A DNA stretch of 63,982 bases, the filler included, from Octopus bimaculoides (taxonomy: Eukaryota), in NCBI RefSeq assembly GCF_001194135.2. It is 6 parts of 6 records of this genome, joined end to end, with 100 filler letters (N's around TTAATTAATTAA, not from the genome) between each part and the next. Parts side by side here need not be neighbours in the genome. Positions count along the whole stretch, not along the records: positions 55,556 to 59,700 come from NC_068986.1; positions 59,801 to 62,788 come from NC_068983.1; positions 62,889 to 63,982 come from NC_069006.1; 3 more parts are not named here. The stretch is one strand, 5' to 3'. Each line of letters starts with the position of its first letter. The stretch's first letter is position 1. The notes below the pieces were generated by a model. It searched no databases. It was not told where the DNA came from and saw only the letters and a list, made by a program, of their open reading frames with translations. Shown here piece by piece: positions 58,202-63,982 of the stretch. The position numbers were made by a program, and so were the translations under genes.

Positions 58202-58405
58202 TATTATACAAATTATTATCACTTCTTGTTATACCACTCCAATAATATATTACTTAACATACTACCCACATATCAATTAATAAAGTTCTCATTAAGATCC
58301 ATATTTACAATGATTACTTTAGCATAAATAGACTTCTTTTTCATTGTTTTCTAATCCTATCTGTCCAAATCTTAGACTCATAATTTGTCACGTTTTTTTC
58401 TACAG

Positions 58406-58540
58406 TGCCACAACACTCCATTGGCATCTGCGGTAAGCTGTCCTCACTTTATTCATATGCTACTCAACCAGACGGGACTTACATTCCCTCAGCTCTACAT
58501 TCAAGACTGTATCACCATCGCGCAGACAGACTTATTCAAG
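58406..58540 (+). CDS. Candidate helical cytokine gene, exon 3 (AB loop)
   Basis: Acceptor gtttttttctacag, donor gtatgg at 58541, 135 nt, phase 0-0: CHNTPLASAVSCPHFIHMLLNQTGLTFPQLYIQDCITIAQTDLFK. Confidence 0.82.
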
Positions 58541-58673
58541 GTATGGACATATTATCAAAACACATTTTCTTGAAATATTTATACACTTTCTATCTAAACT
58601 CGATTCTATATTTTATAAGAAATCTCAATCAGTGTCGAATAATATTCAAGCTTCTCACAATTCTTTATTACAG

Positions 58674-59024
58674 ATTGCTCTATCCAATATGTCTGCAACC
58701 CTCAATCAATATGTTACTGTGTTGGAGAATCAGACGAAAAAAGAATATGACCAGCTGTGTGCTCCTGCCAAACGTATACAGACACAGTGTCATTATCCCG
58801 CTGACTGTTCTAAACTCACTCCCACATCTGATGGCTTATTTTACTGTTACCTAAGACAAACACTTTCTTACCTGGTTGNNNNNNNNNNCTGTTCTAAACT
58901 CACTCCCACATCTGATGGCTTATTTTACTGTTACCTAAGACAAACACTTTCTTACCTGGTTGATACGATACTTGAACTGGATTCACCGGTAATTATTATT
59001 ATCGTAATACCTTTTTCTAGATAA
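58674..59024 (+). CDS. Candidate helical cytokine gene, exon 4 (putative helices B, C, D); exact C-terminus uncertain
   Basis: Acceptor ttctttattacag, phase 0. After collapsing the duplicate 58805-58878/58889-58962 and 10 N it reads IALSNMSATLNQYVTVLENQTKKEYDQLCAPAKRIQTQCHYPADCSKLTPTSDGLFYCYLRQTLSYLVDTILELDSP, then VIIIIVIPFSR* (TAA 59022-59024) or a splice at gtaatt 58989. Confidence 0.8.
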   Translation: MALSNMSATLNQYVTVLENQTKKEYDQLCAPAKRIQTQCHYPADCSKLTPTSDGLFYCYLRQTLSYLVXXXXCSKLTPTSDGLFYCYLRQTLSYLVDTILELDSPVIIIIVIPFSR

Positions 59025-59700
59025 TATTCAAGCGATTTCTTTTTTATCTCCTTACGTAAAATCATATAAATTAATGTTCAGTTCAATATAATGGCACCAA
59101 ACTATCTTCGTGTTTATCGGAATATATTAAATATGTCTCATACAATTAATCTGGGAAGATATGGTCAGTTTATTTAAAGAAATGTTGTCAAAGATCAATG
59201 GTTCTATTCTTCAGATTTCTTCGGTATAATAAAAAAAAATCGTTTGAAAGCACTCTTGCATTTCATGGCTGCCAAAAGATTAAATCTCTTCGGGGTTTCT
59301 TTCCTAATATTTCTGTCATAAAATACTTCGTGCAGACGTTAATCAGGTTACGCCATCCGCTATTTCCTTATTTATATGGTGCTATTAAGTTGACAACAAT
59401 GCATAGGATTGTAATCAGTGTAGAATGTCTAATTATTTCAAGTAATTACTACAATTAGAATAATTTTGAACTTTTCTAATTTAATAATATAACTTAGCCT
59501 ATGTTATATAAAAAATATATGTGCATATATGTGTTTATATAATTATTATCTATATATATAAAAATTAGTAATAAATTTCATGACATGTGAGTACATTATT
59601 AGTATTAGCAAATGTGATACACAGTCTATGTGTATAAATGTCTCTATAGTATTGAATCTAAGGTGAAATAGTTTAATTTGTCATGTTTATATCTCTTCCG

Positions 59701-59800
59701 NNNNNNNNNNNNNNNNNNNNNNNNNNNNNNNNNNNNNNNNNNNNTTAATTAATTAANNNNNNNNNNNNNNNNNNNNNNNNNNNNNNNNNNNNNNNNNNNN
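59701..59800. other. Artificial scaffold linker
   Basis: 44 N + TTAATTAATTAA + 44 N. Confidence 0.95.
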
Positions 59801-59869
<69 letters not shown>

Positions 59870-60541
59870 GTGTTATATATACAGGGGCTGGGCAAAATAA
59901 TAGAAACACCTAGCATCATAGCATCACAGACGAGTGAATATTTTTTTTCTTTTTTACACATGTATAAACGATAAGCAGGGAAATTAACTCGTTTTGTCAT
60001 TTTGCTGAAATATGAATTCGTCTGAGAATATATTCATTAAATTAAATTCTATATTATACTTGTGTCCGTGCAGAGTATGCATCGTCCCTCTGATGCATTT
60101 CTCTTTTTTCATTATTATCATCATTGTCATTTACTTTTAATCTGCCTGTCTGTTACAATCACTTGCCCAGGCACACCTAGCGTCCTAGGGCGAGTGGAGG
60201 ATAAGAGACATTACAATATGACTAAAAGCTAGGGGACGGGAAGTGGCAGACTGTTACTAACAGGATCGTTTTGAAGAACGTTAGCCTGGTAGTTTCTGGT
60301 AAGCAATCTTTGATATTGTGCTACCAGCATGATACCTTCAATCTCTGCTTTCAGTCCTTAAATTCTCAGCCACTGATGGATTTTTGCTTGGGGTACATCA
60401 GAATTTCGACTTCAGAGAATATGGTGTCCGTGCAGGGGCTTCTAACTCCACAGCTACTTACTTTGCTTCTTTTCCTTGTTTGTGGGAGTGGTTTCAGGTT
60501 CTTTATCTAATTTAGGTTTAATGCCAAGTTCCCTAGCGAAC

Positions 60542-60603
<62 letters not shown>

Positions 60604-62743
60604 AATGTTACTATGTACAATTTAATGTATAACTTAGAAGGCATGTAATCACAGTTATAGGAACATATGGTAATCTGTACATTCAGGAATGATAATACTG
60701 TTTATCATCGGCATAACCGTATTCCTCCATACTTCCTCAGAATCTAACACCTACAAAAATACCTGACATTTGTTCCCTTTCGCATAGAGTAGCATGCGGT
60801 ATGAATTGTGGTAGTGAAATGTAGGTTTATTGGAATTTTGCGATGACGGTCCTTATCTTTTAAGGCAAATATATACAGTTTCTTGTGTGACTTCAATAAT
60901 ATTTTAGGGTTATATTACTTACAGATTACACTGCAATCATTTAAACAAAGTCGTGCCATATTGGATGTTTGATATTTTAGAGCAATCCATGATTACGTTC
61001 ACGACATGTTTCACTTTGTCGGTGAGTATTGGCAGTTTCTATCTACTCCTTGATGCTTTAAATCTGACAGCTTTACTAATCGTTTGTCCAAGAACTGATA
61101 GCAGATGCGTTTTCCTGAATAGCAAAATATGGAGTTCTATGTGACACATTCGGTATGCAATATAGATTCGCAGGTTGATGTTATCTCTATCGTCTGCCAA
61201 TCAATATAGTCAAATGGTACAATTGATGTTTCTTCTACAGTTTCCTGATTAATTAGATTACTACAGGTACACACATCAAACAAACCAGTCTTATCACTCA
61301 GATAAGAGAAGTATCTCAGCACTTGTGAACATAGACTCACGTCATGACTAGTTACTTTGTTGAAAACATACCTTCTTTCTTAATTTGCTCTTTGTGACTT
61401 TCTGGGGAGCGCATGTCCACTTGCACGTATACATACGCACGCACATACATACATACATACACACATACATACATGCATACATACATACATACATAAAAAC
61501 GCCTCCTTCCTCAATGGAAGATTTATAATAATAAAAAATAGAGACATATATACGTACATACATACGCACACATATACATGCACAGGTACATATAAGCATA
61601 CATTATATATATATATATTTTTTTTTCACGGTGGTGCACCAGCATGACCGCAGCCACATGGCTGAAACAAATAAATAAATAAATAAATATATACACTCAT
61701 ATATATATATACATATATATAAATACACACATATGTATGTATATATGTATTTATGTATGCATATATGTATGTACATGTATGCATTTCTACACGCATACTT
61801 ATAGTGTCATAGGAAAAGTTGTAGAGGTTTCCTAAAGTTTGAATTTCTAAAAATTTGAATGAAGACTTTCTTTCTAATGAAACCATTGGCGATATATAGA
61901 GGATAAAGTACTTTTCCTTCCCATTTTTTAGTCTTTATTTTCTTCTGTTTTATATAACTGTACCTAACGGTTGCTTTGATACACACTCTTATCTATCTAA
62001 TATTACTTGTAATCGAGGTATTACAGTGTAATCCAATTACATTTAAGAAGCTTACATATGTTTTCCATTTTCCCGACAACATATCCTTGTAACAAGAACA
62101 TAAGCTGTAGTTTTCTTTTCTTTCTTTCTTATATGTTATCTCTACGAACTACACTCATCTATATGATATACTTCACAGTTACATGTATTCAGTAAAACAC
62201 TATTTTAATTACAGATTATAAACAGACTCACATACAGACACCCACTCACATACACACATATACATATATACATGTGTGTATGTCAGTGTGTTGCGTGTGC
62301 GCACATATTATAAATTATTAGAATATGTTTATATTTTCATGTGAAAACCGATTACGAGAGATCGGTAACATGAGTTATAGAGAAATCGTAAACCGATATA
62401 TCCAGATGGCTAAAACAAAGTGACTTTTCAATATGAAATCGATCCACAAACTGTAAATGCTACACATATGGATATTATATCTTTTCCAGGATGTGATAAT
62501 CTTTCTAAATGCCAGTCATGACTTATCGTTTGTAAAATAGTCGAACGAGAAACTATTTCCAAATATACTCTCAGGTTTATTAAACCGTTTAAGTAGCAAA
62601 GCTCCAAGTAAAATAATATACCCGTAAGGAAGTGGTCTTATTATTGTAATCAAAGTTGAAACTTGAATTCGGTATTACTAGGTAAATACATCGCATATAT
62701 AAAGCTTCTAATGTTTTATTGCAAAACAATTTACAGATATACA

Positions 62744-62788
<45 letters not shown>

Positions 62789-62888
62789 NNNNNNNNNNNN
62801 NNNNNNNNNNNNNNNNNNNNNNNNNNNNNNNNTTAATTAATTAANNNNNNNNNNNNNNNNNNNNNNNNNNNNNNNNNNNNNNNNNNNN
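62789..62888. other. Artificial scaffold linker
   Basis: 44 N + TTAATTAATTAA + 44 N. Confidence 0.95.
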
Positions 62889-62988
62889 ATATAAAGTGAA
62901 GTGTATTGCCACTTAAGTGTGGCTGGCCCCTAGCGGTGGATGTTACTGTTGCTTTAGCCCCAGGAGGACATTTAGAGAATTAACATTG

Positions 62989-63024
<36 letters not shown>

Positions 63025-63043
63025 CATGTTCATTACTTTCCAG

Positions 63044-63267
63044 CCGAGTCTTCACCAATCTTAAGCAGGACGAAACGTGATGTACTAGACCATGATATGG
63101 AACAAGAACACCACATTGTCAGCAAAATGGTCCTTCTCCACAGTATTGGCAATGCCGGCATGCAGAGATCTTTGCCTCACCTCACTTCCTACATGGAACC
63201 AAACACTGGTGCATCGCAATGGCGCAGGGCTGCCATCTTTGGTCTAAGACATTTTACCTGTCATGAA
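63044..63267 (+). CDS. Internal exon of a large lipid transfer protein (vitellogenin/apolipophorin/MTP superfamily), alpha-helical domain
   Basis: Acceptor cattactttccag, donor gtaaga at 63268, phase 1 to 0. Reads ESSPILSRTKRDVLDHDMEQEHHIVSKMVLLHSIGNAGMQRSLPHLTSYMEPNTGASQWRRAAIFGLRHFTCHE, matching the LKALGNAG...R.AA..ALR pattern of the lipovitellin helical domain. RTKR is a furin-type motif. Confidence 0.7.
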
Positions 63268-63922
63268 GTAAGAAGACAGATTTTTTTTTAAGATTTATTT
63301 TGTTACATACATGTTACATACACATGGTTGTTGTTACATACATATGGTTGTTGATGTTGTTATTGTTGGATCATTTTAGCATTAGGTTATCTATGGTTCA
63401 ACAAACAATGACAATGTGTAACAGGATTTTTGTCCTTGGGTAGCATCTGTTGTTTCCTATTTGCTGACCCCTGGAACGTATGTAAAATGGCTAATATCTC
63501 CTTCAAACTTTGCTTTTGTTACATTCATCCAAACTCCAAAGAATTCCTCTCAACACATGGCTATGATGTTCCCCCACTGCTCCTGTTCATGATCAGAGAT
63601 GCACATATCGTCAGCAATAAGGGACATGCTCAAGTGGTTAAGGTCAAGCAACTGACAGGCAGATCTGTGGTATTGAGCAGAATATTTGCTATAATGATAT
63701 TTCTGCTTCAGCAACTCAGGTTAAGAAATTTACTTTGCAACCCGTGTAGTTTCAGGTTCAATCTCACTGTGGGACACCTTTGGCAGCTGTCTTCTGCTAT
63801 AGCCCCAGGATGATCAATGCCCTGTGAATGAATTTTGTTGATGAAAACTGTGTGGAATCCGAACCACTAAGTTATGGGAATGTAAACACACCACCATCGG
63901 TTGTCAGGCGATGGTGGAGGAA

Positions 63923-63982
<60 letters not shown>

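Noticed and set aside
58406-58540. Alternative open frame of exon 3 (PQHSIGICGKLSSLYSYATQPDG...)
   Set aside because: Requires phase-1 flanks; exon 2 ends in phase 0, and the matching frame of exon 4 stops after ~25 codons.
60171-60510. Possible exon(s) with good splice-like sites (LGDGKWQTVTNRIVLKNVSLVVS; SLNSQPL...LLTLLLFLVCGSGFRFFI*) considered as the cytokine's last exon or GPI tail
   Set aside because: Lies across an artificial linker, needs a frameshift or a poor acceptor plus a 56-nt intron, and the helix-D-like motif is already in exon 4. Left unassigned.
62490-62623. Exon-like stretch between ttttccag and gtaagg
   Set aside because: In-frame TAG in the only nearly open frame and no recognisable product.
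1-63982. Prokaryote-type systems (CRISPR arrays, operons, rRNA)
   Set aside because: Eukaryotic intron-rich DNA; the recurring units are SINEs, not repeat-spacer arrays.

Overview
AT-rich, microsatellite- and SINE-saturated animal genomic DNA. The repeat families look cephalopod (octopus-like), which is an inference. The window is not one contig: five identical artificial 100-nt spacers (44 N + TTAATTAATTAA + 44 N) divide it into six segments. Almost all ORF-track entries are repeat artefacts. Real coding signal: (1) two spliced exons of a LEKR1 orthologue (30305-30600, 39530-39649, +); (2) a complete four-exon gene that the ORF track shows only in fragments (56028-56037, 57089-57311, 58406-58540, 58674-59024, +), encoding a ~189-aa secreted, Cys-containing, helical protein whose intron phases (1,0,0) and helix motifs resemble the IL-6/G-CSF/LIF long-chain four-helix cytokines, with a TATA box and kB-like site upstream, and with two exons corrupted by gap-flanking assembly duplications; (3) one exon of a large lipid transfer protein (vitellogenin/apolipophorin-like) gene (63044-63267, +). 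Mobile DNA includes decayed RTE LINEs, a Penelope GIY-YIG fragment, piggyBac-type MITEs, fold-back elements with hammerhead-like cores, and several tRNA-derived SINE families. The candidate invertebrate IL-6/LIF-family cytokine is the main discovery. Repeat boundaries are approximate, and all homology statements come from recalled sequences, not database searches.
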